Positions 9,700-19,148 of a stretch of 64,000 nt of DNA are shown piece by piece (position 1 is the stretch's first letter; each line of letters starts with the position of its first letter). A program made the translations under genes and the position numbers. The stretch lies in assembly GCA_011524535.1 (NCBI GenBank), contig WTKD01000002.1, forward strand, positions 20,868 through 84,867. The letters are read 5' to 3'. Source of the DNA: Spirochaetaceae bacterium (lineage in GTDB: Bacteria; Spirochaetota; Spirochaetia; WTKD01). The notes beneath the pieces are model-generated. The model saw only the letters and a list, made by a program, of their open reading frames with translations, did no database searches and was not told where the DNA came from.

Positions 9700-11262
9700 A
9701 TGAAAATTAAACAAGAAGAGCAAATGGGTATTTCGTCGACCGCGGCTAAAACCACTGAATTTGCGGAGACGGCGAAGCAGCAATCAAGAAGTAGTTTGCT
9801 TTCTTTGTTTTCCCCAAAAGAAAAAAAAAGTTATAGAGTGATAACCGATAGCCTGCTTCATTATGGTGTAGCTTGGGGTTTGCTTTCCATCTATGGAGGA
9901 AGGGCTTGCCCTTTTGTTGAGGGCATCAATGCATACGATGCCATGTTTGGTCTGGGGGTTGGAATAGTGTTTTCGTATATTCTTCGTATGATTTTCTTTA
10001 CTCTTTTCAAACGATTGCTATTATATTCCAGCAACAAGACATATATATTCATCGAAACAGCGTTTTTTGTATTGTGGGGCTTGCTCTCGGTCTGGTGGGG
10101 TGTGTCCTATGAAGGTTTTCATCTTGATGGAATTTTAAAGGCCTTTTTGGGAGCCTCTATTCCAGGATTCTTTTTTAGTATAGAAATGCTAAATGCACGG
10201 GAAAGGCATCTTGTTTATCTTGGTCGAAAAGAAGAAAAGTATAGTCTTTACAGGAATAAGTATTTTTCCCTAAGAAGAAAGATACTTTTATTCGGTATTG
10301 TTTCTATTGGGTTGGTTGGGATTACTATCATCCTCACGACCTATAAAAACTTTCTATGGACAATTGAACATGTTGGTCAATATTCAAATGAATTTATTCT
10401 ATGGTCAGTATTCAAAGAAACGGCGTTCGTGATTGGTATTTTCTTCGGTTTAATAATTAAGCTTATAGTTAGTTATTCCAAAAACATTTCATTATATTTC
10501 CTATTACTCACGGAAAGCTTGGATAGCATTGTGGAGGAAAAATTTTCTGTACGCATACCAATTACCACCTACGATGAATTTGCGATTCTGTCTGGTCATG
10601 TAAACTCGATTAGCCGTGAAATGGAAGAACGTGGAAAAATAAAACAGGTATTTGGAAAAATAATTTCTCCAGTCATTGCAAAACGTTTACTTCAAACGGT
10701 AAATGTATCGCAGGAAGTGTTTGAAGATAATCTTGTGATTTTATTTAGTGATATACGTGGATTCACCCGTTATTCGGAATCTAGACCTCCACGGGAAGTA
10801 GTTGAAATGCTCAATTCCTATTTTACTGAAATTGTGTCGGTTATTACCGAGAACGATGGGGTTGTTGATAAGTTCATGGGAGACGGGGTTATGGCGATCT
10901 TCGGTCTCGAAAAGAAGGATAGGCTAGAGGCTGCTCTATCAGCAACAAAGGCTGCTATTGAGATGCACAAGGTAGTTGAAGAAAAATTTCCTTCGATAAA
11001 AATCGGTGTTGGCATACACGAGGGAATGGTAACTGCGGGTTTAATCGGGGCTCCCGATAGAAAAGAGTTTACGGTGATAGGGGATACCGTAAATACAGCA
11101 TCTCGACTGGAATCAGCAACAAAGGAATTGGAGATGAACATCGTGGTTTCGCAAATGATTTATGAGCATGTTTCTGAAGAATACAAAGAATTTCAAAATG
11201 TTGGTAACCTTAAACTAAAGGGGAAAGAAGCTGACCTTACATGTTATGGTTTAGCAATTTAG
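9700..11262 (+). CDS. membrane-anchored class III adenylate/guanylate cyclase
   Basis: 6 TM N-terminus, HAMP-like linker, cyclase core (ILFSDIRGFTRYSE…GDGVMAIFG…GDTVNTASRLE); ATG at 9700 preferred over TTG at 9661. Confidence 0.8.
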   Translation: MKIKQEEQMGISSTAAKTTEFAETAKQQSRSSLLSLFSPKEKKSYRVITDSLLHYGVAWGLLSIYGGRACPFVEGINAYDAMFGLGVGIVFSYILRMIFFTLFKRLLLYSSNKTYIFIETAFFVLWGLLSVWWGVSYEGFHLDGILKAFLGASIPGFFFSIEMLNARERHLVYLGRKEEKYSLYRNKYFSLRRKILLFGIVSIGLVGITIILTTYKNFLWTIEHVGQYSNEFILWSVFKETAFVIGIFFGLIIKLIVSYSKNISLYFLLLTESLDSIVEEKFSVRIPITTYDEFAILSGHVNSISREMEERGKIKQVFGKIISPVIAKRLLQTVNVSQEVFEDNLVILFSDIRGFTRYSESRPPREVVEMLNSYFTEIVSVITENDGVVDKFMGDGVMAIFGLEKKDRLEAALSATKAAIEMHKVVEEKFPSIKIGVGIHEGMVTAGLIGAPDRKEFTVIGDTVNTASRLESATKELEMNIVVSQMIYEHVSEEYKEFQNVGNLKLKGKEADLTCYGLAI

Positions 11263-11355
11263 AAAACACTTTCAAGAAAAACGAGCAACGATTGAGATTA
11301 GAGATGAGAGTAAAGCTTTCTTGACGAGCTAGGATAGAACAGATTACCATTTCTC

Positions 11356-11658
11356 ATGACAACGACAGACGTAATTGATTGCCTAAGTAAGGTTATGGAT
11401 CCGGAAATAGGACTCAATATTGTCGATGTTGGACTTGTGTATCATGTTGCGGTGAAAGATGACGCTTCGATTGAGGTTGAATATACATTGACTACTCCTG
11501 GATGCCCCTTGGCAGATGTAATAGAAGATGATATTCGATCAATTTTGAAAGAGGAACTTAAAGCAGAACATGTCTCACTAAAGCTTGTTTGGACGCCCCC
11601 GTGGACAATTGATTTTATGAGCGAATCGGCTCGCTTGGAATTAGGGTATCCAATCTAA
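11356..11658 (+). CDS. sufT: DUF59/MIP18-family Fe-S assembly protein (SufT-like)
   Basis: VIDCLSKVMDPEIGLNIVDVGLVY… ; first gene of suf operon. Confidence 0.75.
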   Translation: MTTTDVIDCLSKVMDPEIGLNIVDVGLVYHVAVKDDASIEVEYTLTTPGCPLADVIEDDIRSILKEELKAEHVSLKLVWTPPWTIDFMSESARLELGYPI

Positions 11659-11679
11659 ATCACAATAAAGGAATAAAAA

Positions 11680-12438
11680 ATGGTTATTGAATGTAAAAAT
11701 GTAGAAGCATGGGTAGAGGACTCGCATATTCTTAAAGGCGTGAACCTTGTGGTACGTTCAGGCGAAATACACACGCTCATGGGGAAAAATGGCTCGGGAA
11801 AGTCAACGTTCGCCAATGTTCTCTTTGGTAATCCCTCATATACATATACCGGGAGTATTTTGGTAGATGGTGAAGAAATTATTGATTTGGAACCTCACGA
11901 ACGAGCAGCAAAGGGTCTTTTTTTGGCTTTTCAATACCCTGTCGCTATCCCTGGAGTGACGGTGGGACGTTTTCTGAAACGAGTACATGACACATTATAT
12001 CCAGATGATCTTGAAAGGAAGAAATCATTTGTAAAAAACCTTCGAGAAAGCATGGATTTCATGGAAATAGATCAGCAATTTATTAATCGCTATTTAAATG
12101 ATGGATTTTCTGGTGGTGAGAAAAAACGAATGGAAATCCTGCAGATGCTAATCTTGAGACCAAAATTCGCGGTACTGGATGAAACCGACTCGGGACTGGA
12201 TATAGATGCGTTGAAAATTGTTGCTAGAGGAGTAAAGGAACTCTATGGGAGCGATTTTGGAGCTTTGTTGATTACGCATTATCAAAGAATCTTGGATTAT
12301 CTCAATCCACAACACGTGCATATTATGTACAAGGGGCGAATCGTTCGAAGTGGTGGCCCCGACTTGGTAGCGCAATTGGAACAAGATGGCTACGAATGGG
12401 TAGAAAAAGAATTTGGAGAAGCTCATGCAACAAGCTGA
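11680..12438 (+). CDS. sufC: Fe-S cluster assembly ATPase SufC
   Basis: Walker A GKNGSGKST, ABC signature FSGGEKKR, Walker B AVLDETDSGLD. Confidence 0.9.
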   Translation: MVIECKNVEAWVEDSHILKGVNLVVRSGEIHTLMGKNGSGKSTFANVLFGNPSYTYTGSILVDGEEIIDLEPHERAAKGLFLAFQYPVAIPGVTVGRFLKRVHDTLYPDDLERKKSFVKNLRESMDFMEIDQQFINRYLNDGFSGGEKKRMEILQMLILRPKFAVLDETDSGLDIDALKIVARGVKELYGSDFGALLITHYQRILDYLNPQHVHIMYKGRIVRSGGPDLVAQLEQDGYEWVEKEFGEAHATS

Positions 12439-13816
12439 TGTAGGAGATTATAAATACGGATTTCATTACCCGGACCAATCGGTACGGAAATCAGAAAAAG
12501 GATTAACAGAAGAGATAGTTCGCTATATTTCTGCCCAAAAAGAAGAACCAGAATGGATGCTCGAATATCGTTTAAAGGCTCTTTCTGTTTTTCAGCAAAA
12601 ACCAATGCCAGAATGGGGAGCAGACCTCAAGGATATAGATTTCGACAGTTTTTGCTATTATGCACGGCCTGTGGACGAACAGCAGAGGACCTGGGATGAT
12701 CTTCCAGATAATATCCGAGAAACCTATGAAAGACTCGGAATACCCGAGGCTGAGCAACGGTTCTTGGCAGGCGTCGGCGCGCAGTACGACTCGGAAGTTG
12801 TGTATCATAGCCTTCAGGAGGATCTTGAATCACAAGGCGTTATTTTTTGTGATCCCGAAACGGCGGTTCGAGAACACCCCGATATTGTTCAAAAATATTT
12901 TGGAACGATTATTCCCTACAATGACAACAAATTCGCAGCTCTAAATACCGCTGTGTGGAGTGGTGGTAGTTTTGTATACATCCCGAAGGGAGTACATGTA
13001 AACATTCCATTGCAGGCATATTTCCGTATAAACTTGAAAGATTTTGGTCAGTTTGAACGGACATTGATTATCGCGGAGGAAGGAAGTTTTGTTCATTATG
13101 TCGAAGGTTGTACGGCTCCCGTATATACTAGCAATTCCTTGCATTCGGCGGTGGTAGAAATTGTGGCCCTTGAAGGAGCCCGAGTTCGCTATAGCACAAT
13201 TCAAAATTGGTCCAGTGATGTGTACAACCTTGTAACTAAACGAGCGGTTGCGCATAAAAAGGCTACTGTTGAATGGGTCGACGGTAATTTGGGAAGTAAA
13301 AGGACCATGAAATATCCTGCGGTATATCTGATGGGAGAAGGAGCTCATGGTGAGGTTCTCTCTATTGCATTTGCTGGATCGGGGCAAGAACAAGATTCGG
13401 GTGGAAAAATTGTTCACGCTGCGGATAATACCAGTTCGGTTATTACCTCAAAATCTATTTCGAAAGATGGCGGAACGAGTACCTACCGGGGTCATATAAA
13501 GATTGAGGAAGATGTGGCTAATGCACGAGCAAACGTTGTTTGTGATGCATTATTGATCGATGGAGATTCTGTCAGTAATACATATCCTTACATGGATATA
13601 AAAAGCAATGATGTCTCGATTGAGCATGAAGCTAGGGTTAGCAAAATTAGTCAAGATCAGCTATTTTATCTGATGTGTAGAGGTTTGGATGAAGGCGATG
13701 CGTCTTCTATGATTGTGAATGGGTTTCTAGACCCCCTCGTAAAACAATTACCCATGGAATACGCAGTAGAACTCAATAAACTTATTGAATTGGAAATGGA
13801 AGGTTCTGTTGGATGA
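12413..13816 (+). CDS. sufB: Fe-S cluster assembly protein SufB
   Basis: 467 aa, SufB/SufD beta-helix core, overlaps sufC end. Confidence 0.9.
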   Translation: MEKLMQQADVGDYKYGFHYPDQSVRKSEKGLTEEIVRYISAQKEEPEWMLEYRLKALSVFQQKPMPEWGADLKDIDFDSFCYYARPVDEQQRTWDDLPDNIRETYERLGIPEAEQRFLAGVGAQYDSEVVYHSLQEDLESQGVIFCDPETAVREHPDIVQKYFGTIIPYNDNKFAALNTAVWSGGSFVYIPKGVHVNIPLQAYFRINLKDFGQFERTLIIAEEGSFVHYVEGCTAPVYTSNSLHSAVVEIVALEGARVRYSTIQNWSSDVYNLVTKRAVAHKKATVEWVDGNLGSKRTMKYPAVYLMGEGAHGEVLSIAFAGSGQEQDSGGKIVHAADNTSSVITSKSISKDGGTSTYRGHIKIEEDVANARANVVCDALLIDGDSVSNTYPYMDIKSNDVSIEHEARVSKISQDQLFYLMCRGLDEGDASSMIVNGFLDPLVKQLPMEYAVELNKLIELEMEGSVG

Positions 13817-15039
13817 TAGACCATATTGAAGAGCACCGTAATCAATACAAGAGCAAGGCTTTTGCCGAACTCTGTAATCAATCGAAAAAAAGCTACGAAA
13901 AAACTTCTTGGCCTACACTCCAAGATGAAGAATGGCGTCGTACCGACCTTGGATACTTAGATCCATCTTCTTTTCCCTTGTGGCAAGCTTCACAATCCTC
14001 ATCCGAAATGGCTGGTTCTGAAGATTGTTTGGGTGAATACGTCCTCGGTCAGGATGGCAATATAAGTATTTCGAAGACCAGCGATGACATTGAATTATAC
14101 GATGCTCGAATGAATTATAAAGAATTTCCTTTATTCAATCATGTGAGAAAAGGCTTCCTCGAGGTGTTTGACGATAAATTCGCTCTATGGAGTACCATAT
14201 GGGCGAGCACAGCTCCCGTAGTTAGAGTCCTACCCAATCGAGAATGCAAGAAACCCATACAAATACGGCTCCAAATGCCTTCCGAAAAGGTTGCATTTGG
14301 TTCTCAAACCAGTGTGTTTGTAGAAGACGGCGCGAAAGCAAGCGTGATAATCAATTTTGATGGGGTAGGGAAAGGAGAGCTTCTGCACAATGCCAATATC
14401 TCTTGCTATGTTGGAAACAATGCATCTTTAGATGTCTTTTTAGTTCATGAAGATAACATAGATTCAAATTTCATAGGTAGTTTCTATAATTGCATGCAAA
14501 ATGATGCACGTCTACGATTTGTTTCTTTGAACAGAGGGGCTATGCTTACAAAGTACACCGTGTATACTGATATGCAAGGTCAGGGTTCTGAGGCACATAT
14601 GGATGGTGTATTTTTTCCTCGTTCGGACGAGCATGTTGATATTAGGAGCGTCCAACGCCATCGGGTTGGAAAAAGTTTTAGCCGGGCCTTGTTCAAAGGG
14701 GCGGTGATAGATGAGGCACATTCCGTGTTTCAGGGCTTGATACAGGTAGACCCGAAGGCGAACGACACAGACGCCTATCTTACCAATAATAATCTGGTGC
14801 TGTCCAATTCTGCACGGGCAGATTCTATACCTATGCTGAAAATCGAAACCAATGATCTTAGATGCAGCCATGGGGCAACGATCGGAAAGATTGATGAACA
14901 ACAATTGAACTATCTTGGGACACGAGGCTTAGATAGCGAAACAGCTCAATCCATGCTTATTGAGGGGTACTTTGAAGAAGTGTTGTCACTGTTTCCTGAT
15001 GCAATACTCGAACCACTCAAGCAAAATCTTCTTGCCTGA
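13813..15039 (+). CDS. sufD: Fe-S cluster assembly protein SufD
   Basis: SufBD family fold, ATGA overlap with sufB. Confidence 0.85.
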   Translation: MIDHIEEHRNQYKSKAFAELCNQSKKSYEKTSWPTLQDEEWRRTDLGYLDPSSFPLWQASQSSSEMAGSEDCLGEYVLGQDGNISISKTSDDIELYDARMNYKEFPLFNHVRKGFLEVFDDKFALWSTIWASTAPVVRVLPNRECKKPIQIRLQMPSEKVAFGSQTSVFVEDGAKASVIINFDGVGKGELLHNANISCYVGNNASLDVFLVHEDNIDSNFIGSFYNCMQNDARLRFVSLNRGAMLTKYTVYTDMQGQGSEAHMDGVFFPRSDEHVDIRSVQRHRVGKSFSRALFKGAVIDEAHSVFQGLIQVDPKANDTDAYLTNNNLVLSNSARADSIPMLKIETNDLRCSHGATIGKIDEQQLNYLGTRGLDSETAQSMLIEGYFEEVLSLFPDAILEPLKQNLLA

Positions 15040-15065
15040 ATTTTTCTGACATGTGGTTAAAATGC

Positions 15066-15347
15066 ATGAAAGAAAAAGAATTGATGCGCACCGCGATGGT
15101 TCGTCACCGACGTAAGGAAATTGCAGTGTACCGGTTGTCTGATGGGATATACGCCACTGATAACTCATGTAGCCACGAATATTCTCCCTTATGCGAAGGC
15201 ATGATCGTAGATAATAATGTGTACTGCCCGATGCATGGCTCACGTTTTGACATAAAGACCGGAGCAGTACTTGATCTGCCAGCAACATCTCCAATTAAGA
15301 CGTACCAGGTAAAAACCGAGGATGGATGGATTTTTGTCAAAGTATAA
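15066..15347 (+). CDS. Rieske [2Fe-2S] domain ferredoxin-like protein
   Basis: CSHEYSPL…CPMHGSRF (CxH…CxxH) Rieske boxes; last gene of suf operon. Confidence 0.7.
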   Translation: MKEKELMRTAMVRHRRKEIAVYRLSDGIYATDNSCSHEYSPLCEGMIVDNNVYCPMHGSRFDIKTGAVLDLPATSPIKTYQVKTEDGWIFVKV

Positions 15348-15384
15348 CTACAGATATTATAATTCAGTTTCTTACTAGACTCTG

Positions 15385-16362
15385 ATGATTCGAGTTCATT
15401 TAGACCAAGCAGCGTCAATTTTGCAAGCAGGAGGCGTTGTTATTTTTCCCACCGAAACGGTGTATGGTATTGGAGCAAACGCTTGCTCAAATGAAGCCTG
15501 CAGAAAAATTTATCAATACAAGGGTCGACCGCCAGATAATCCTCTGATTGTTCATGTATACTCGAATGAAGAATTGGCGAAGTATGCGAAATTATCTCTC
15601 GAGGCTTCAAAAGTTATAGAGGCATTTACGCCCGGACCATTAACGATTATAGCTCAAAGAATAGATGCTGATGTATTGCCAGAAAACAGAGAGCCTTCGG
15701 CAATCGCAGATGTTCCGTGCTGTGGAAAAAAAACAATAGCTCTTCGGATACCTTCACATAGCATTGCACGTTCGTTGCTGCGCATGTGTAAATTACCCAT
15801 TGCTGCACCTAGTGCAAACGTTTCGGGTAAATTGAGTCCCAGTGATTTTGACATGGCCCGTTATAATTTTGCGAACACACAATTGCCGATGCTCGACGGA
15901 GGAGTATGTGAGTTTGGAATTGAGTCTACCATCGTGTCATTCATCGATGAACCAAGAATTCTTAGAACGGGATATATTTCGGCTGAGGATATATATAAGA
16001 GAACGGGAGTTGATGTTTCCGTAGGCTTATCCAGGGGAGGAACTCCAGGAAGCGGGTACAAGCATTATACGCCCGAAGTTGATTTGATTGTATACGCACG
16101 GATAGATGATATTATTTCGTCGCTGGGAAAACGCTCTGGTATCATCGCATTCGAACAAGACAAGCAGAAGTTAGAGAATATGCACATTCCCCAGGAGTGC
16201 ATCATTCGATTTGTTGCAAATAATGCTGACTATAGCCGGCGCTTATATCAACTTTTGCATGAATGTAGACATATGGAGAATATTTTTGCTCCGTATGTAA
16301 AAGACTCACAATTTGGGTTACAAGAAAGATTAGAAAAGGCAATGACGGACGCATTTTTGTGA
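15385..16362 (+). CDS. tsaC: L-threonylcarbamoyladenylate synthase (YrdC/Sua5 with Sua5 C-domain)
   Basis: VIFPTETVYGIGANA motif, 325 aa. Confidence 0.85.
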   Translation: MIRVHLDQAASILQAGGVVIFPTETVYGIGANACSNEACRKIYQYKGRPPDNPLIVHVYSNEELAKYAKLSLEASKVIEAFTPGPLTIIAQRIDADVLPENREPSAIADVPCCGKKTIALRIPSHSIARSLLRMCKLPIAAPSANVSGKLSPSDFDMARYNFANTQLPMLDGGVCEFGIESTIVSFIDEPRILRTGYISAEDIYKRTGVDVSVGLSRGGTPGSGYKHYTPEVDLIVYARIDDIISSLGKRSGIIAFEQDKQKLENMHIPQECIIRFVANNADYSRRLYQLLHECRHMENIFAPYVKDSQFGLQERLEKAMTDAFL

Positions 16363-16521
16363 TGTATACGACAAAAAAATCCCATCAACAAAAAGTGTAA
16401 TAACACTTAATAATGAGTTTTTAAATAGATATTCTAAAAACGAGATGTAGTGTATGATGGTGATAATTAAGTATAGCCGTTAGTAGATTGAAAAAATGTT
16501 TAATTCCTGCAATTTTGTATC

Positions 16522-16887
16522 ATGAATAGAAAAGATCCGACAGACGTTCAGCGTTTGTTAGCGAACAATATAAAGCACATACGCGCAGGACTTGGGTTAA
16601 CCCAGATGCAGTTAGCTGAATATTGCGGGGTCTCCACGAGTTTTATAGGAGAAATAGAAATTTGTCGGAAATTTCCTTCAGCACATACGTTACAGAAAAT
16701 TGCAACCGCGCTTGGAGTTCGTCCTGCTGATCTCTTTTTTGAAGAAAAAGAAGATTCCGAGGTGGACGAGCAGAGCAAAAAAGAATTATCCGTAGAACTC
16801 ATGACGGTTATTGATCTTCGTAGAAAACTTATAAAAGATATGGATCTTGCCATACTTGATTTAAAAAGAAAGCACAGTCATAATTAA
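16522..16887 (+). CDS. XRE-family helix-turn-helix transcriptional regulator
   Basis: LTQMQLAEYCGVSTSFIGEIE HTH_3 signature; first gene of tightly packed same-strand block. Confidence 0.7.
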   Translation: MNRKDPTDVQRLLANNIKHIRAGLGLTQMQLAEYCGVSTSFIGEIEICRKFPSAHTLQKIATALGVRPADLFFEEKEDSEVDEQSKKELSVELMTVIDLRRKLIKDMDLAILDLKRKHSHN

Positions 16888-16896
16888 TCCTATCTA

Positions 16897-17634
16897 ATGG
16901 GACTAGACAAAAAAGATATTGCATTTGTAGGAATAAATAGGAGTGCCCAGGGCGTGGTACTATTGTTGCATACTGTTTTTTTTGAGTATGTTTCTGGGAA
17001 AAAGAACGAAACTATTTATGGACTTCTCGGTCAGCAGCTCCTGGGTGATCAACTCACTGCGGTAAAAGAATCCTTGATTAAGACGGCACGTAAAAATGTC
17101 CTTCACCAGATTAACGAGAAGATTTTTATTTTCTCGTTCCTTATTGCTTCCTCTGTGTTCTTTTTAGCATTCTTTTTCATGTCGATTGCGATTCGCGATC
17201 CCATTCCGATTTTGGATGAGCTTATCATTTCGGTGGTTTCTTCTTTGCTTACTTATTTTCTTATGAGGAATTATTTTCGTAAGCGCTACAAATTTGATGA
17301 ATTATACCGAGATGTTTTGGATCGAGTGTCTGCCTTGCAAATTTCAATTTCTTCTAGTGTAGAATCGATTGAGAGCATTCTTGCCGAATACGACCAGCTT
17401 TCGCAGTTTCAATTACAGGTCTTTCGAACACGACCGGATGAACGATTTGCCAAGATACCCAAGTCCGATATGGCATTTTTTGCAGGTATACTTGAGCAGT
17501 ATCTAAGATCGAAAGAATACAGACAGGATCAAACAAAAAAAAGAAAAATCCTGAAGAATATTGGTGCAAATGATGGATCAGATGAGTCATTGGATATTTT
17601 ACTGTTCCAACTGAAACGCGCAAGCAGTGATTGA
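16897..17634 (+). CDS. hypothetical 2-TM membrane protein
   Basis: two hydrophobic helices mid-protein, no recognisable domain; 9 nt after XRE gene. Confidence 0.45.
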   Translation: MGLDKKDIAFVGINRSAQGVVLLLHTVFFEYVSGKKNETIYGLLGQQLLGDQLTAVKESLIKTARKNVLHQINEKIFIFSFLIASSVFFLAFFFMSIAIRDPIPILDELIISVVSSLLTYFLMRNYFRKRYKFDELYRDVLDRVSALQISISSSVESIESILAEYDQLSQFQLQVFRTRPDERFAKIPKSDMAFFAGILEQYLRSKEYRQDQTKKRKILKNIGANDGSDESLDILLFQLKRASSD

Positions 17635-17669
17635 GATAAAATTATTTTTGAGCATGCCGAACCTGTGGT

Positions 17670-18002
17670 ATGAGCGAGGGTTTTAAATCTAATGGTAGAA
17701 ACGTTGATCATGCAGAATTTATTTGTGAAAATTGCAAAAATGCGGTGACCACAGCCGAGCCAGCTTGTCCTCACTGTGGGGCATTATTTTTTGGTGTAAA
17801 ATGCCCGCAATGTAATTACAGCGGAAAGATAGATTTTTTCGTAACGGGTTGTCCTAGATGTGGGTTTGTGCGCTCTGATCAAAAACTCTCTGACCGAGGA
17901 GACAATGCGTTTTTTCTATCCAAAAGTAGTTTTTGGATACTTTTTTCCTTTTTCTTGGTCATGGCGGTGGCTGTAGGGTATGTTTATCGAATATTTGTGT
18001 AA
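17670..18002 (+). CDS. double zinc-ribbon protein with C-terminal TM anchor
   Basis: CENC…CPHC…CPQC…CPRC four CxxC pairs, then hydrophobic tail. Confidence 0.5.
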   Translation: MSEGFKSNGRNVDHAEFICENCKNAVTTAEPACPHCGALFFGVKCPQCNYSGKIDFFVTGCPRCGFVRSDQKLSDRGDNAFFLSKSSFWILFSFFLVMAVAVGYVYRIFV

Positions 18003-18690
18003 TTCTACCATTCATAAAACTAGTTACTTCTATTTCTTAATTTTTTTCTTTTTTTTGAGTCAAAACCTTTTTGCACAAGTAGATCAATCTTTAATTGAAG
18101 AAGAAACGAAGGTAGAGAGACTAGAAGAAGGAGAACAGCTCGAAGAAGATTTTATTTTCGATGAAAGAAATATTATTGAGTCTTATGAAGATGGCGCGAT
18201 TGCTACGGAAAATTCAGAATCAGACAATGTTTCTGAAGAATTGCTCTTACCTCTTGGTTTTTTGAACCTTAAAATAGGAACGTCTCGAGCAGAAGTTAAT
18301 ACGATGCTGATTGAAAGCCCCTGGTTTTTTTATGCAGGAGAGCCAGAAGTAAGTTTCCGGAGTCCCGACCAGGAATTTGTGTTCGATGTACCTGGTTTGG
18401 GGTTTATTGATAGAGCGCTATTTCAATTCAAAGACTTTATTTTGGTTAGTATTGATATGTATTTCGATGAAACTCTCATAGACTACTATTCTCTACACAC
18501 GACGTTCACGAGAAAATATGGTCCCCCTACAGAAGTTCATCCTCGGCTTATGGCATGGGAAAATTCCCAAATAATCATACGCGTTCTTAAAGAGGGGAGA
18601 GTGCAGTACATAGGGAAAGATGCTGCGGATGTTATTCCGGAAAATCTCGATGCTCAGACCAGTGTAGAACGTTTTTTGGATATTTTCTAG
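17980..18690 (+). CDS. hypothetical secreted protein
   Basis: N-terminal signal-peptide-like segment (FLIFFFFLSQNLFAQ), acidic region, no known domain. Confidence 0.45.
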   Translation: MFIEYLCNSTIHKTSYFYFLIFFFFLSQNLFAQVDQSLIEEETKVERLEEGEQLEEDFIFDERNIIESYEDGAIATENSESDNVSEELLLPLGFLNLKIGTSRAEVNTMLIESPWFFYAGEPEVSFRSPDQEFVFDVPGLGFIDRALFQFKDFILVSIDMYFDETLIDYYSLHTTFTRKYGPPTEVHPRLMAWENSQIIIRVLKEGRVQYIGKDAADVIPENLDAQTSVERFLDIF

Positions 18691-18698
18691 TATTATTT

Positions 18699-19148
18699 AT
18701 GACTCGCATCGTTTTTGTTTTTCTTTTTGCAATACATGTTTTGTGTTGCGCTACAGAGCCTAGTTTTGAGGAAGCTACGATACGTATTGGCGATAGGGTA
18801 TTCCTGGTTGAACTTGCTGTGGAATCCGTGCAACATGCATATGGGTTAAAAAACAGAGCAGTGTTGGAAGCAGAGAGGGGCATGTTGTTTATTTTCGAAG
18901 GGGAACGGGTTCGTCGATTTTGGATGCAAGATACGATTATCGATCTTTCAATTGCTTTCATGGATAGCGAACGGTACATAGTAGATATACAATCGATGAA
19001 ATCTCTCTCACAGAAGGTTCATGTTTCTAAGGGGCCTGCAAAGTATGCATTAGAAGTGAATAAGGGAATATTCAAAATGTATGATATTCAGATAGGTGAT
19101 AGAGTTGAATTTGAGTTTCTAGAGGAAAATGTTGTTAGCCGCAAATAA
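18699..19148 (+). CDS. DUF192 domain protein (secreted)
   Basis: signal peptide then DUF192 core (VELAVESVQHAYGLKNRAVLEAERGMLFIF…WMQDTIIDLSIAF). Confidence 0.6.
   Translation: MTRIVFVFLFAIHVLCCATEPSFEEATIRIGDRVFLVELAVESVQHAYGLKNRAVLEAERGMLFIFEGERVRRFWMQDTIIDLSIAFMDSERYIVDIQSMKSLSQKVHVSKGPAKYALEVNKGIFKMYDIQIGDRVEFEFLEENVVSRK

Noticed and set aside
10818-11141. 107-aa minus-strand ORF inside the adenylate cyclase gene
   Set aside because: Antisense to the conserved cyclase catalytic core.
12941-13417. 158-aa minus-strand ORF inside sufB
   Set aside because: Antisense to a highly conserved gene. No domain.
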